Part shown: positions 8,574 to 18,549 of the stretch, piece by piece
Layout of the letters: every line of letters starts with the position of its first letter
Position numbering within the stretch: the first letter of the stretch is position 1
Assembly: GCA_039588295.1 (NCBI GenBank)
Contig: JBDHAB010000019.1
Location: 41,834 to 105,833 of the forward strand
Reading direction: 5' to 3'
DNA from: Gemmatimonadota bacterium
GTDB taxonomy: Bacteria > Gemmatimonadota > Gemmatimonadetes > Gemmatimonadales > GWC2-71-9
DNA length: 64,000 nt
The notes under the pieces: generated by a model
What the model was told of the DNA's origin: nothing
The model's database searches: none
The model's input: the letters and a program-made list of their open reading frames with translations, nothing else
Program-made: the position numbers and the translations under genes

Positions 8574-9836
8574 ATGTCCGCGAATGAAGTCGAGCGATCG
8601 CTGACGCTGACGGCGAACCCCTGGCTCCGCACCGCCAGCTTCGTCACGGGCGCGGGCATGGTGGTCGCCTCGGTCGTGACCATGCAGCACTACTTCGCTG
8701 CCAACTTCCCATCATCCATCTTCGAGGGGTCGTTCTGCGATCTGAACGCCTTCTTCAACTGTGATAGCTCCGCCTACTCGGTGATCTCGGCCGTGGCCGG
8801 TGTCCCGCTGGGGTACTTCGGGTTGATGGTCGGGGGGCTCGTCATGCTCGGTGCCATGTTTCCATCTGCGGCATTCGAGCGCACCAACAAGACGATCGCT
8901 GTGGTGAACGGCATCGGCGTGGTGGCGCTCTTGGTCTATTCGGTCGCCGTGCTCAAGAGCCTCTGCCTTCTGTGCACCGGCTACTACGTGTTCGCGCTGC
9001 TGAGCCTTGCGCTCTTCTGGCGCTATGGCATTGATGGTGGCCGGCGTGGGCTTGCGCGACGGTTCCTGCGCCCGTCCACACCGCACCTCGTGGCGTTTGG
9101 CGTATGCCTCCTGGGCGGTGCATACGCGCTTGCGTTGTTCCACCGCGCCAAGGAACAGGCGCGATCGGGTGGGGTGGCTGCCAGGATCGTGGAGCAGTAC
9201 ATCAACCTGCCTCTGGTTCCCAACCCGAGCATCATCTCCCCGTTCATGACCGCCCGTGCTACGGAACGGTTCGAGGACGCTCCAATTCGCCTCATCGAGT
9301 ATGGTGACTTTCTTTGTTCGGACTGTCGCTACCTCAACGAACAGTTGGATCGCCTGAAAGAGGAGTTCCGGGGTCAGATCAACATCGCGTTTCAGTTCTT
9401 CCCGCTCGACGCCCAATGCAACCGCGTCGTGAACAAGGACAAGCATCCGGGCGCCTGCGACCTGTCGTACATGGCGGCATACGACCCCGCGAAGTTCGCC
9501 GCGATCCACGACGAGGTGTTCGCCAACATGACTGCCGCCAAGGATCCTGCCTGGCGCGCCGATCTGGCCCGCCGCTACGGGGTGGAGGCGGCCCTCGCGG
9601 ACTCCGCTACCCAAGCGTTGGTGCTGCGCATGATCCAAACGGGGGCGGAGTACGAACAGACTTCGGAGCGGTACGCATACGGAATCAGATCAACGCCAAC
9701 GTTGATCCTCAACAACCGCATGGTGATTGGCACGTTTCCCTACGAGCAGCTTCGCGCGATCTTCCAGGCACTCGTGAATGAGCACGAGCAGGGAGACGAA
9801 GGACGGTTTCTCGAGAACTGGGTGGACGACGGCTAG
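8574..9836 (+). CDS. VKOR-DsbA/thioredoxin fusion (disulfide bond formation)
   Basis: VKOR loop Cys pair FCDLNAFFNC, TM helices, CLLC active site; C-terminal thioredoxin fold with CSDC and cis-Pro STPT; GGAGGGAG RBS. Confidence 0.88.
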   Translation: MSANEVERSLTLTANPWLRTASFVTGAGMVVASVVTMQHYFAANFPSSIFEGSFCDLNAFFNCDSSAYSVISAVAGVPLGYFGLMVGGLVMLGAMFPSAAFERTNKTIAVVNGIGVVALLVYSVAVLKSLCLLCTGYYVFALLSLALFWRYGIDGGRRGLARRFLRPSTPHLVAFGVCLLGGAYALALFHRAKEQARSGGVAARIVEQYINLPLVPNPSIISPFMTARATERFEDAPIRLIEYGDFLCSDCRYLNEQLDRLKEEFRGQINIAFQFFPLDAQCNRVVNKDKHPGACDLSYMAAYDPAKFAAIHDEVFANMTAAKDPAWRADLARRYGVEAALADSATQALVLRMIQTGAEYEQTSERYAYGIRSTPTLILNNRMVIGTFPYEQLRAIFQALVNEHEQGDEGRFLENWVDDG

Positions 9837-9902
9837 AACCGGGGTCCGTCGATCTCGGCTTCGAGGCCCTGCACGCTGGGATCCACCGATCCCGCCCGTT
9901 AC

Positions 9903-11300
9903 TCATCGCCACACCTGTCCGAGGAATGCCTGAACCTCCGGTACCCCACCCTGGAGGATGAGGTATCCGTCATGCGGTTCACGCTCGGTGGTCTCGCCGG
10001 CGAGCGTGGTCGTCATGAGCTCCTGCACGGCGCGCGGATCGCCGGGGTGCACGCCGAGTGCCCAGCAGAGTTTGACGAACGCGACCTCGGGCAGCATGTT
10101 GGCGAGCGGAACGACCCCGAGCTCTAGGATCTCCCGCCCCGTCTCGTACACGTGCATTTGCACGAAGCCCCAGAGGGTCTGCAGCGTCATGTACATGTGC
10201 ACGCCGGCGTCACGTGCCCGCTCGAGTGCCGGGTAGATCTTGCGGTTCACGTGTCCGAGTCCGGTGCCGGCGATCACGATTCCCTGGTAGCCACGGTCGA
10301 CGAACGCGTCAATGATGTCCCCGTGCATTCCAGGGTAGTAGTACATGAGCGTCACACGCTCGTTGTACTTCGCGAAGATTGTGACGTCTCGATCCTCGCG
10401 TCGCGGAAGGAAGTCGTCCTTGAACGGTGTGATCGTGTCGCGATCGACCATTGCGAGGGGGATGTCACCCAACGTACGGAACGTGCTTCGGTAGGAGCTG
10501 TGCATCTTGCGGACACGGGTGCCGCGGTGCAGCAGGTTGTAGCGATCGGACGTCGGGCCGAACATGCAGACCATGACCTCGGCAATCGGCCCGTGCGCTG
10601 CCGTCCATGTGGCGTTGATGAGGTTCTGCGCCGCGTCGGATGACGGTCGATCGGAGGATCGTTGGCTCCCCACCAGGACGACCGGCACCGGTGGCCGCTG
10701 AACCATGAAGCTCAGTGCGGCTGCTGTGTGATGCATGGTATCGGTGCCATGGCCGATCACGACTCCGTCGTATCCGTCGGCAATCGCATCACCGATCTTC
10801 TCCGCCAACACCAAATACTGCTCCGGGCCCATGTTCTCCGAGAAGACACCGAACAACTTCTCGGTCTCGAGATTGCAGATGTCGGCCAACTCCGGCACCG
10901 ACCCGTAGAGCTCTCCGGGGCTGAAGGCGGGGATCACCGCACCGGTGCGATAGTCGAGCCGTGACGCGATCGTGCCCCCGGTCCCAAATAGCTTCACGCG
11001 GGGATTGGCAGGGTCGACCGGAAACGCCTTCTCTGGAATCCTGTAATGCGCCTCCCGATACCCGACCTTCTCGATCTCGAGCACTGTGTCGTGACGGATA
11101 CCGACGTTGTACCCGCTCCCCAGCTTGAGCACCAAGTGTAGGTCATCGCTCGTTTCCGAGCGTGGCAGCAACAGCCCCTCGAAGTCACCGCGGGTCGTTC
11201 GTGCCACGACCTCGCACCACACGGTGATTCCGGAGCGTGCCATCAGGTCGCGCGTCGGGCCGCGATAGCCGCGGTAGGGATCGCTCTGCTGGTCGCTCAT
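9903..11300 (-). CDS. gatD: Glu-tRNA(Gln) amidotransferase subunit D (archaeal-type)
   Basis: GatD N-terminal domain (EGLLLPR..LVLKLGSGYNVGI) plus asparaginase core GTGGTIASRLDYRTGAV, HGTDTM, VGSQRSSDRPSSDA, GTRVRKMH; start overlaps the gatE stop (ATGA). Confidence 0.92.
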   Translation of the reverse strand: MSDQQSDPYRGYRGPTRDLMARSGITVWCEVVARTTRGDFEGLLLPRSETSDDLHLVLKLGSGYNVGIRHDTVLEIEKVGYREAHYRIPEKAFPVDPANPRVKLFGTGGTIASRLDYRTGAVIPAFSPGELYGSVPELADICNLETEKLFGVFSENMGPEQYLVLAEKIGDAIADGYDGVVIGHGTDTMHHTAAALSFMVQRPPVPVVLVGSQRSSDRPSSDAAQNLINATWTAAHGPIAEVMVCMFGPTSDRYNLLHRGTRVRKMHSSYRSTFRTLGDIPLAMVDRDTITPFKDDFLPRREDRDVTIFAKYNERVTLMYYYPGMHGDIIDAFVDRGYQGIVIAGTGLGHVNRKIYPALERARDAGVHMYMTLQTLWGFVQMHVYETGREILELGVVPLANMLPEVAFVKLCWALGVHPGDPRAVQELMTTTLAGETTEREPHDGYLILQGGVPEVQAFLGQVWR

Positions 11301-13369
11301 GACGCATGCTCGGGGGCGGGTTCTCGCAACGCGGCAGCCAGACGCTGCCGAATTGCCTGAGGGTCGACTCGGCCAAGAAACGCTGGTACGACTTGGCCCA
11401 TGGCCCACCGCAGCCTCGCGTCGAGAGAGCGTCCGTTGAGCTCGAGCGCCGTTGCCGCAACCTGGGCAATCCGCTGGTCGAGTCGCGCACCGTCTTGAGG
11501 TGCGGGCTGATAGCCCACGACGATTTCGTCGGCGCCGACGTCGGGCTGCCTAGTGAGGTCGTCGAGCACCCGCGCCGCTGCCTCGGGGCGGAGCGCGCCG
11601 GCTTCCAGCGCGCGGGCAAGGGGACGAAGTCGCGCCGCGTCGGGCAGGGAGGCTGCGCCGCGGCGGGAGTGGTAGGGCCACCGCTTCTCGAGCGCAGTGG
11701 CGAGTCGCCGTGCGGCACTGCGTGACGCCGGCCGTACCTCGTCGTACACATCCGCCCACGGTGCGCTGGCAAGCCGGCGTGCGCCCCGTGCGTCGAGCCC
11801 AAGGTCACGGTACCGTGCCTCCCGTTCCCACGGTCGCTCCGGCAAACGCTCGCGAATCTCCGTCACGGCGGCGTCGGTGATCGGTAGGGGCGGCGTATCC
11901 GTGTCCGGGTACATTCGGTCCGGACCCGGCAGGATCCGCTCGAATCCCGTCGTGCTGTCCGCGTGGGCCTGGCGCGTTTCGGCAGGCACGCCCACCAACG
12001 CTTCGCCGGCGCGCAGCAGCACCTCGCGGGCGGCGGTGGCTGCGTCCGCGTCATCGCCCCACACCAGTACGAGCGCATCACCGGACTCGGCCCCGACTTC
12101 CCGACCGAGGCGCTGCCACACGAGCGGGTCCAGGCCGCCGCGGTCATTCCCGGAATGGGCCAAGAACGGGCGGTGTACCGGGCAGGCAATCACGCGCACG
12201 CGTTCTGCCAGCTCGTTGGCGAAGGTGGCCCCGGGTTGGGTCGGGTGGTCGAGGAGCTGGTTGAATCCCGGGAGCCGCACGACACAGATGCGATGTCCGC
12301 GGCCGAGCGCCTCGAGGATAGGCCGAGCCGTACACGCACGGAGCAATGAGGCGGCGTCCCCAACCAAGTGCGACACCTCCCAGGGCCTTCCGGTGGATGG
12401 AAGCGCCAGCATCGTCGGTTCGACACCACGCCGGTCGAGCGCGTGCTTGATCCGGAGCAAGTTGAGTTGGCGAAACGCCTCGACGTGGACCAAACGTGGC
12501 AGCCCGCGATGGTGATGTACACCTTTGATCTCGACCCGCCGGCCACCGGCGATCGAGACGTTCACGTCCTGGCGGGCTGCGCCAGGCCCCCGTCGCACTT
12601 TGCCCGTGGCCTGCGCCACTCGTGCCAGGAGCCGTGCACCGGCCTGCAGCTCGAGCGGGGTCAGGAACTCTGGTTCCGTGACTGTCTCGGTGAGCGGCAT
12701 GCCGAGGCGATCGGTGCGGAAGGTGATGCGATGACCGATGTCGGAGACTTCGCGACAGGAGTCCTCCTCGAGCGACAGCTGCCTGATGCTGAGGTCCCGA
12801 TCCACACCGAGCTCCGGGGCTCGGAACGGAATCCGCCCGGTCAGACCCACCATGGCCGTTCGCTGGAAGCCGGTCGGGATCGACCCGTCGAGATACTGCT
12901 TGCGCATCACGTGGAGTTCCGAAACCAAGTTGAGATTGAGGAGCTGGGCGACCTCGAGGGCGATACGCACCGCCTCCCCGTCGATCTCAAACGGCGGGGT
13001 ATCGTCCATTTCGTAGGTGCAGACCGATCCGCGCTCGAGGAGGTAGACAATCTCCTTGCGTGTCTTGAACTCCATCAGCGCCGTCCCGTCGTACTCCCCC
13101 AACTCGCTCAACGTCGGTCGCATGTGTCGCAGCACTTCACCGTCAACACGCGTGACCCGATGACCGGGTGGACAGCGGCAGAACAGCTTCGATTTGGTGT
13201 GGAGCTGTTGATGCACCTCGAGGCCACCCATGAAGCCCAGCACCTGGTAGTCCTCGTGGCGCAGTTCCCCGTATGCCCGATCGGGAAAGTCGAGCACGGG
13301 ATCATGCCGCGGATTGACGTCCCCGGGGGGGCGGACGCCGTGGTTGGGTGCCCCGTTAGGAGGCGTCAA
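11297..13369 (-). CDS. gatE: Glu-tRNA(Gln) amidotransferase subunit E (archaeal-type)
   Basis: GLEVHQQL..KLFCRC, LRHMRPTLSELGEYD, MRKQYLDGSIPTGFQRTAMV, LEEDSCR, DRLGMPL, RQDVNVSI..GRRVEIKGV, AspRS-like insertion, GVPAETR, PGPDRMYPDTDTP; start uncertain. Confidence 0.92.
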   Translation of the reverse strand: MTPPNGAPNHGVRPPGDVNPRHDPVLDFPDRAYGELRHEDYQVLGFMGGLEVHQQLHTKSKLFCRCPPGHRVTRVDGEVLRHMRPTLSELGEYDGTALMEFKTRKEIVYLLERGSVCTYEMDDTPPFEIDGEAVRIALEVAQLLNLNLVSELHVMRKQYLDGSIPTGFQRTAMVGLTGRIPFRAPELGVDRDLSIRQLSLEEDSCREVSDIGHRITFRTDRLGMPLTETVTEPEFLTPLELQAGARLLARVAQATGKVRRGPGAARQDVNVSIAGGRRVEIKGVHHHRGLPRLVHVEAFRQLNLLRIKHALDRRGVEPTMLALPSTGRPWEVSHLVGDAASLLRACTARPILEALGRGHRICVVRLPGFNQLLDHPTQPGATFANELAERVRVIACPVHRPFLAHSGNDRGGLDPLVWQRLGREVGAESGDALVLVWGDDADAATAAREVLLRAGEALVGVPAETRQAHADSTTGFERILPGPDRMYPDTDTPPLPITDAAVTEIRERLPERPWEREARYRDLGLDARGARRLASAPWADVYDEVRPASRSAARRLATALEKRWPYHSRRGAASLPDAARLRPLARALEAGALRPEAAARVLDDLTRQPDVGADEIVVGYQPAPQDGARLDQRIAQVAATALELNGRSLDARLRWAMGQVVPAFLGRVDPQAIRQRLAAALREPAPEHAS

Positions 13370-13642
13370 TGGTCTCGTCCATTCGTACGACCATGCGCGC
13401 TGCGCCCGTGAGGCGATCCGACCGAGGTTCCGTACGGCACGCCTGAAGATACACGGGGAAGGGAGCGACGGTATCGGTACTTGCTCTGTGTCGGTGCGTC
13501 GGTTTGTGGCTCAGCGCACAGCGCTCGGTGGTGCGGAGTGGCGCTATTGTGTCCCGGAGTGAGCGATGCGACCCCAGCGGCAGGGGTGCGGAACTCCACG
13601 GTTGCGAATAGCTTTGTGTTCTCCGACGAAGGACCCACGAGG

Positions 13643-14326
13643 ATGGCCAAAGGCAAACCACCCCAGAACCGACATGATGATTTGATGGCGGCGGAGGTCG
13701 ACAAGCTTCTGAAGAAGCTGCCTCATGCCGACCCCTCCCTGTCGGGGGAGCGCGTGGCGCAGCCCGAGCCAGGCGCTGCGCCAGGTAGGCCTCCGGTGTC
13801 TGGTCACCGCCGTGAGATCCAGGGAGGTGCGCCGAGGGTACCGCGGCCGCGCACACCTGAAGAGGAACGCCGAGCGAATCTCGGTGTCTGGGGCCTCGTG
13901 GCGCTCGGGGTCGTGCTGGGGGTAGCGTTGACCCAGTGGCCGTACAACGCGGCGTGCGGTCTTGCGTTGCTGTGGTATGTGGGGGCCGTCGCCACCATGC
14001 TCGTCGTCGGTGGGTGGTGCGCTTTGTCATCGTGGGACCAGCGGCTTGGGGTCGCGCACGTTCTGTCCCTCATACTCGTGTTCTGGGGAATCGTGCTGTC
14101 CGCTGAGGTGATTCTCCCTCGCATCGGGTATTCCGTCGACAAAGCGACCTGGCGTTGTCGGGTGGCTGAGCCCGCACGTCCGTCAGCGACACCGGTCCCG
14201 GTCGTTCCGCCGTTGCCCGCTCCCGCGCCGGCCGATCTGGAGGTCGATTCGACCGTCTCGACCGAACAGCCATCGCAGCCGGGCACCGACTCCATCGTAG
14301 CTGAGCCGGGCGATTCGATAGGATAG
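13643..14326 (+). CDS. Hypothetical membrane protein (3 TM helices, Pro-rich termini)
   Basis: ATG 13643; three hydrophobic segments. Confidence 0.7.
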   Translation: MAKGKPPQNRHDDLMAAEVDKLLKKLPHADPSLSGERVAQPEPGAAPGRPPVSGHRREIQGGAPRVPRPRTPEEERRANLGVWGLVALGVVLGVALTQWPYNAACGLALLWYVGAVATMLVVGGWCALSSWDQRLGVAHVLSLILVFWGIVLSAEVILPRIGYSVDKATWRCRVAEPARPSATPVPVVPPLPAPAPADLEVDSTVSTEQPSQPGTDSIVAEPGDSIG

Positions 14327-14377
14327 ACCGAAGACGCGACGCACAGGGCCCCGGCGCCGGGTGTCGCGCCTGACGGG

Positions 14378-16153
14378 CTAGTGCTCCCGGACCTTCTGAA
14401 TGAGCGCCAGGGGGTGGATGGGTTTGCGGAGGATGGATTGGATCCGCAGATCCGCCACTTCCTCGGCGACGCTCACGGGCTCGCCGCTCGTCACCAACAC
14501 GATACCGGTGTCCGAAGCGTATTGCCGTACTTGCTCCATCGTGCTCCGCAGCGTGTCTCCAAGTTGATCGGCGTCGAACACCGCCGCCGCGATGGTGTTG
14601 CCGTGCACCCGGAGGAGGTCGACGGCGGCCTGAACGGTATCTGCGGACAAGACCTTGAGCCCGGCCGCCGCAAGCCCGCCGCGCGTTTCCGCCAGATCGG
14701 ATCCTCCGTCGGCCAACACCACGGTGCCCTCCAGCTGGACCTCGGGTTCACCTGCCACCGATTCCCGCTCGTTGGGCAAGTTCAAGGGGCGGACAATGCA
14801 CTGGTAGCCACGGATCGACCCGTCGGTACTTGCGCGGCGAGTCGCTGAGAGCAGCGCCTGAAACGTCGCTCCACTTTGGGTGGTGAGTTCGACTTCGAGA
14901 TCGCCGACGGCGCCGATCGTGTTCATCTGAACCTGGAATCGGCGAATATCGACTTGCCGCGCGAACAGCCTCCGTGCGTCGAGGCCGACGAGTTCGTCCC
15001 GTTTGTATCCGAAGAGCTCGACAGCCGCGGCGTTGACCGCCTCGATCTCACCGTCACGAGCCGTGAGGTAGATCGCGTCCCAGCACTGTTCGAACAGACT
15101 CTGGTATTGTTCCTCGCTCTGGTGTACGGATTCCTCGAAGGCTCGGCGTGCCTTGACGTCGCGCGCCACGGCGAGGACGAACTCCTCGGAACCGATCCTG
15201 TGGTGCGCGACGGCGATCTCCACCGGAAAGCTGCTTCCGTCCCGCCGTCGATGCTCGCCTTGCAGCATGAGCGGCCGCCGGGTGTCACGCGTGTCGGTGA
15301 ACTCCAGCTCGGCCTCCACCGGGGGCTGCACGGGAAACTCGAGTTGGAGCTCGTGGAGACGGTGTCCGATCACCTCTTCCCGGGCGCGGCCGAGCCAGCG
15401 GGCCGCCGTTTCGTTGACATCGATGACTTCTTCGGTGCGGGGATCTGTAACGAAGATTGCGTCGCCCGCATGATCCATCAGGGTGCGAAACCGTCGCCAC
15501 AGCTTCTCGCGTTCCGCGCGGCTGCGCGTTTCCTCCTGAATGGTCGCGTTTGCCCGATCGAGGTCGGCGGTGCGCTCCTCGAGCGAGCGCTGCAGGTCGC
15601 GACAAGCTCCCTCGAGCCGCTGGACGGCGCGCACATACTGTGTGATGTCGTGCGCGACCAGGGTCGCGGACACCACCCGGCCGTCGCGGATGTTCGGCGT
15701 GATGCGGCAGTCGTACCACGCGTCGGGATCGTGATTCTGTAGACCGGCCAGCTCGTGGTGCTGCGATAGGCCGGTCTCGAACGCCTGTGCTAGCGATTCA
15801 GCCACGCCTTCGTGCTGATTCGGTGGAATCCAGTCGAAGATGCTTGACCCAATGAGCTCGTCTTCAGACCGATCGCCGAGCGCGCAATTGGCGAATAGGA
15901 TCTCGCCGGTCTGCCGCACGATGAACACTGGATCGCGCGCGTCCGCCCGCGTGGCCGACGCCTCGAGCGGCGGGGGTGCGGGGCTGAACGCACTGTCCCG
16001 GATGCCACCGATCCGAGCGGGGGGCTTCAGCGATTCATCGCTCCCGCTTGGTTCGGAGCTCGTCTTTGTCTGACCCAGCAATGGGTAGCGTTCAGTCATC
16101 AGTCTCACCGAAAAGGGCCGGCTCGCCCGCGACTCGCTGTCGCGCTCCGTCAT
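14378..16153 (-). CDS. Multi-PAS sensor with C-terminal receiver domain and no kinase core
   Basis: Three PAS/PAC repeats (ILFAN..AHDIT; IDVNE..ARDV; EAVN..IVRP); coiled coil LEERTADL; REC motifs VVLAD, AVFD, LVTS, LRKP. Confidence 0.82.
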   Translation of the reverse strand: MTERDSESRASRPFSVRLMTERYPLLGQTKTSSEPSGSDESLKPPARIGGIRDSAFSPAPPPLEASATRADARDPVFIVRQTGEILFANCALGDRSEDELIGSSIFDWIPPNQHEGVAESLAQAFETGLSQHHELAGLQNHDPDAWYDCRITPNIRDGRVVSATLVAHDITQYVRAVQRLEGACRDLQRSLEERTADLDRANATIQEETRSRAEREKLWRRFRTLMDHAGDAIFVTDPRTEEVIDVNETAARWLGRAREEVIGHRLHELQLEFPVQPPVEAELEFTDTRDTRRPLMLQGEHRRRDGSSFPVEIAVAHHRIGSEEFVLAVARDVKARRAFEESVHQSEEQYQSLFEQCWDAIYLTARDGEIEAVNAAAVELFGYKRDELVGLDARRLFARQVDIRRFQVQMNTIGAVGDLEVELTTQSGATFQALLSATRRASTDGSIRGYQCIVRPLNLPNERESVAGEPEVQLEGTVVLADGGSDLAETRGGLAAAGLKVLSADTVQAAVDLLRVHGNTIAAAVFDADQLGDTLRSTMEQVRQYASDTGIVLVTSGEPVSVAEEVADLRIQSILRKPIHPLALIQKVREH

Positions 16154-16579
16154 CGCAGCGGACCCGCCGGACGGGGCTCCGCCCCGCAGGGGGGCCGCTC
16201 ACGGGGATGGAGAGGAGGGTTACACGACCCTCGGCCTATACTGCGCCAGCCTCCCCAGGTTCGCCAGCTGCTGTGGTAATGTTGCAGCAAAATCTTTGCC
16301 GCCTGTAGGACCCGGGTCACGTTCCGCGCGAGGCGTTTCCGGGAGCTGTTCACATAACTCATTGTCTCAAAAGGGTTTATGGGAACGGCTCGTGCTGATC
16401 GGCGGCTCCGGGGTTGCGGGGATGCCGGAACATCGTATGCTGAATATTCGCAAGACCGAGCGAAGCGAAGTGCCACACCATGTGGCGGAGAACGTGAGAG
16501 CCCGAGGCGTTCCCTCGGGCTCTGTCGCTTGACAGGCACCCCGCTGGAGCGCATGCGTACGATCCAGTCGGAGATGCCG

Positions 16580-17638
16580 ATGCCGTTTCCAGCCCCCACG
16601 CCGAGGTGCCGCGCGGTCGCGGCCGCGGCGCTCCTCGCGCTGGTTCTTCCGAGTTGTGACAACGCCGTTGCGCCCGGTACGATCGAGCCGATCGGCGAAA
16701 CCGCGCTGCGCAGGCATCTCGACGTTCTGGCGGACGACAGCCTCTACGGCCGAGCTGCAGGATGGTTGGACGAGCTCCGGGCGGCCGAGTATGTCCGCGA
16801 TCAGTTCATCGCGGTGGGCCTGAGCCCAGGGGTCGACGGGTATCTCCAGACGTTCTGGATCGGCGAGCAGCCACCCCCCGCGACCCCTCCTGACGCCGGT
16901 ATCGGGAGCGGCGACCACGATGGTCCGCGCGGCACCCCGGCAGACGACCCGATCCGCCCCGAGCGCTTTTGGTCGCAGAACGTGCTCGGTGTGCTTCCGG
17001 GCCGGGGTCGGCTAGCCCGACAATGGGTCGTGCTGGGCGCGCACTACGATCATATCGGGTGGACCGTGCCCCTGCCCGACTCCGTGGTCGTGTACAATGG
17101 CGCTGACGACAACGCCTCGGGAACGGCAATGCTTGTCGAGCTGGCGCGATACCTGAGCGCGCTGCTCACGACGAGCGAGTTGCAGAGCGGCGACCGGCGC
17201 TCGATCATGTTCCACGCCTACGGTGCGGAGGAGATTGGGCTGGTGGGATCGCGGCACTTCTGTGCGCACCCCACCGTGCCGATGGATAGCGTCGTCGCGA
17301 TGGTCAACCTCGATATGGTCGGGCGCCTGCGCGACGGTGTCGTCACAGCCGTGGGGACGTCGACGGCCCCGTCATTGTGGCAGCAGCTCCTGGAGGCAGC
17401 CAACGAGGACGGGCTCGAGTTCAACTTGCAGGACAAGGGTAGCAGTGATCATCGGTGCTTTGCCGAGGCAGGCAGGCCGGTGCTGCACTTGTTCACGGGC
17501 CTTCATCAGGAGTACCACACGCCGCTGGACGACGTGTGGTTGCTCAACGTGCCCGGCATGGTGCAAGTCGGAAACCTCGCGGCGGGTGTCCTCGTCGAAC
17601 TGGTGACCCGGCCTGACCTCAGCTCCGTCGGGAACTGA
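16580..17638 (+). CDS. M28 family zinc aminopeptidase, lipoprotein
   Basis: Lipobox LPSC; GAHYDH, NGADDNASG, AEEIGLVGS, NLDMVGR, SSDH, YHTP motifs. Confidence 0.9.
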   Translation: MPFPAPTPRCRAVAAAALLALVLPSCDNAVAPGTIEPIGETALRRHLDVLADDSLYGRAAGWLDELRAAEYVRDQFIAVGLSPGVDGYLQTFWIGEQPPPATPPDAGIGSGDHDGPRGTPADDPIRPERFWSQNVLGVLPGRGRLARQWVVLGAHYDHIGWTVPLPDSVVVYNGADDNASGTAMLVELARYLSALLTTSELQSGDRRSIMFHAYGAEEIGLVGSRHFCAHPTVPMDSVVAMVNLDMVGRLRDGVVTAVGTSTAPSLWQQLLEAANEDGLEFNLQDKGSSDHRCFAEAGRPVLHLFTGLHQEYHTPLDDVWLLNVPGMVQVGNLAAGVLVELVTRPDLSSVGN

Positions 17639-17847
17639 CCATCCACCGGCCGCGGTGGGTAGGGGTCGGTCGCCGCACGCGCTCCCGGTGATCGGTCCAA
17701 ACAAGTGGGAGAGAACCGCTCGCATTAGACGCGGCCCACCGCATCGCGTTCGACCGTCGAGGTTCACGCGGGTTTCACAACGGATTTACCTGCGTCGGTG
17801 TAAGCTGTAGCGGGCGATGTGCGCAGCTTTTAGCAGGAGCGAATACC

Positions 17848-18357
17848 ATGCGACACGTTGCGCTGCCGGTCTGTTGCCTACTTGCGGTGGTCACGAGTGG
17901 TGTGGCGGCCCAAGAGCAAACCCTCGATGAGACGCTCGTGTTCATCAACACCGCTCTGCGCGACAACGGCTTTCAAGATCATGAGGGGAAGCCGACGGTC
18001 TCACAGGTGAAGCTGGTGGCTGGTGGAAAGCTCGTGGTCGAGATCGCCAAGACGGAATCGGGCAATCGCTTCACCAACGTGTTATCGGTGGCACTCGGCG
18101 ATCTGGATGTGACTCGAGTCAAGGCGCACCAACGGAGCGGACACACGGTGCTATCACTCGGCGCGACGGGCCTGGTGACGGCACGTCTCAAGTGTGTGAT
18201 GGCAGCAGGGACGCGACACGAATGGGACCTGCCCAGCACCGACGAGGTTGCCGTGGAGTTCGCACCAGCTGATGAGCTGGCACGCACGCTGACGGCCGCG
18301 TTTGTCCGCCTGATTACGTTGGCTCGTGAGGACACCCGCTACCGCGTGTCCTCATAA
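17848..18357 (+). CDS. Hypothetical secreted protein
   Basis: AGGAG RBS; Sec signal ending VAA-Q. Confidence 0.7.
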   Translation: MRHVALPVCCLLAVVTSGVAAQEQTLDETLVFINTALRDNGFQDHEGKPTVSQVKLVAGGKLVVEIAKTESGNRFTNVLSVALGDLDVTRVKAHQRSGHTVLSLGATGLVTARLKCVMAAGTRHEWDLPSTDEVAVEFAPADELARTLTAAFVRLITLAREDTRYRVSS

Positions 18358-18384
18358 CTAGGCACGTCCGGTCCGTACCCTCCC

Positions 18385-18420
18385 GAGCGCCGGCGCCCGT
18401 GGGCGCCGGCGCTCCTGTTT
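18385..18420 (+). terminator. Intrinsic terminator-like hairpin
   Basis: GAGCGCCGGCGCCC-gt-GGGCGCCGGCGCTC followed by ctgttt. Confidence 0.55.
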
Positions 18421-18549
18421 GGGGCTTTGCGTGGGCGTCGGCACCGGTGTATTCTCGGTCTCATGCTTGCCAAGTTCCTACTCCCGTGCGTTGCCATCGG
18501 TGCCGTGGTCGGAATCGTCGGCCTGCCCGATCCCCAACAGGACAGTTCC

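Noticed and set aside
9903..13369. Ordinary L-asparaginase plus gatB
   Set aside because: The GatD-specific N-terminal domain, GatE-specific motifs and insertion, and the translational coupling all point to GatDE
13649..13665. c-di-GMP-I riboswitch-like AAAGGCAAACC
   Set aside because: It lies inside the coding start (MAKGKPP) and lacks the downstream GCAAA/P2 elements
16154..16579. ncRNA or riboswitch in the long divergent intergenic region
   Set aside because: Some GC-rich hairpins are present but no family motif could be recognised by eye
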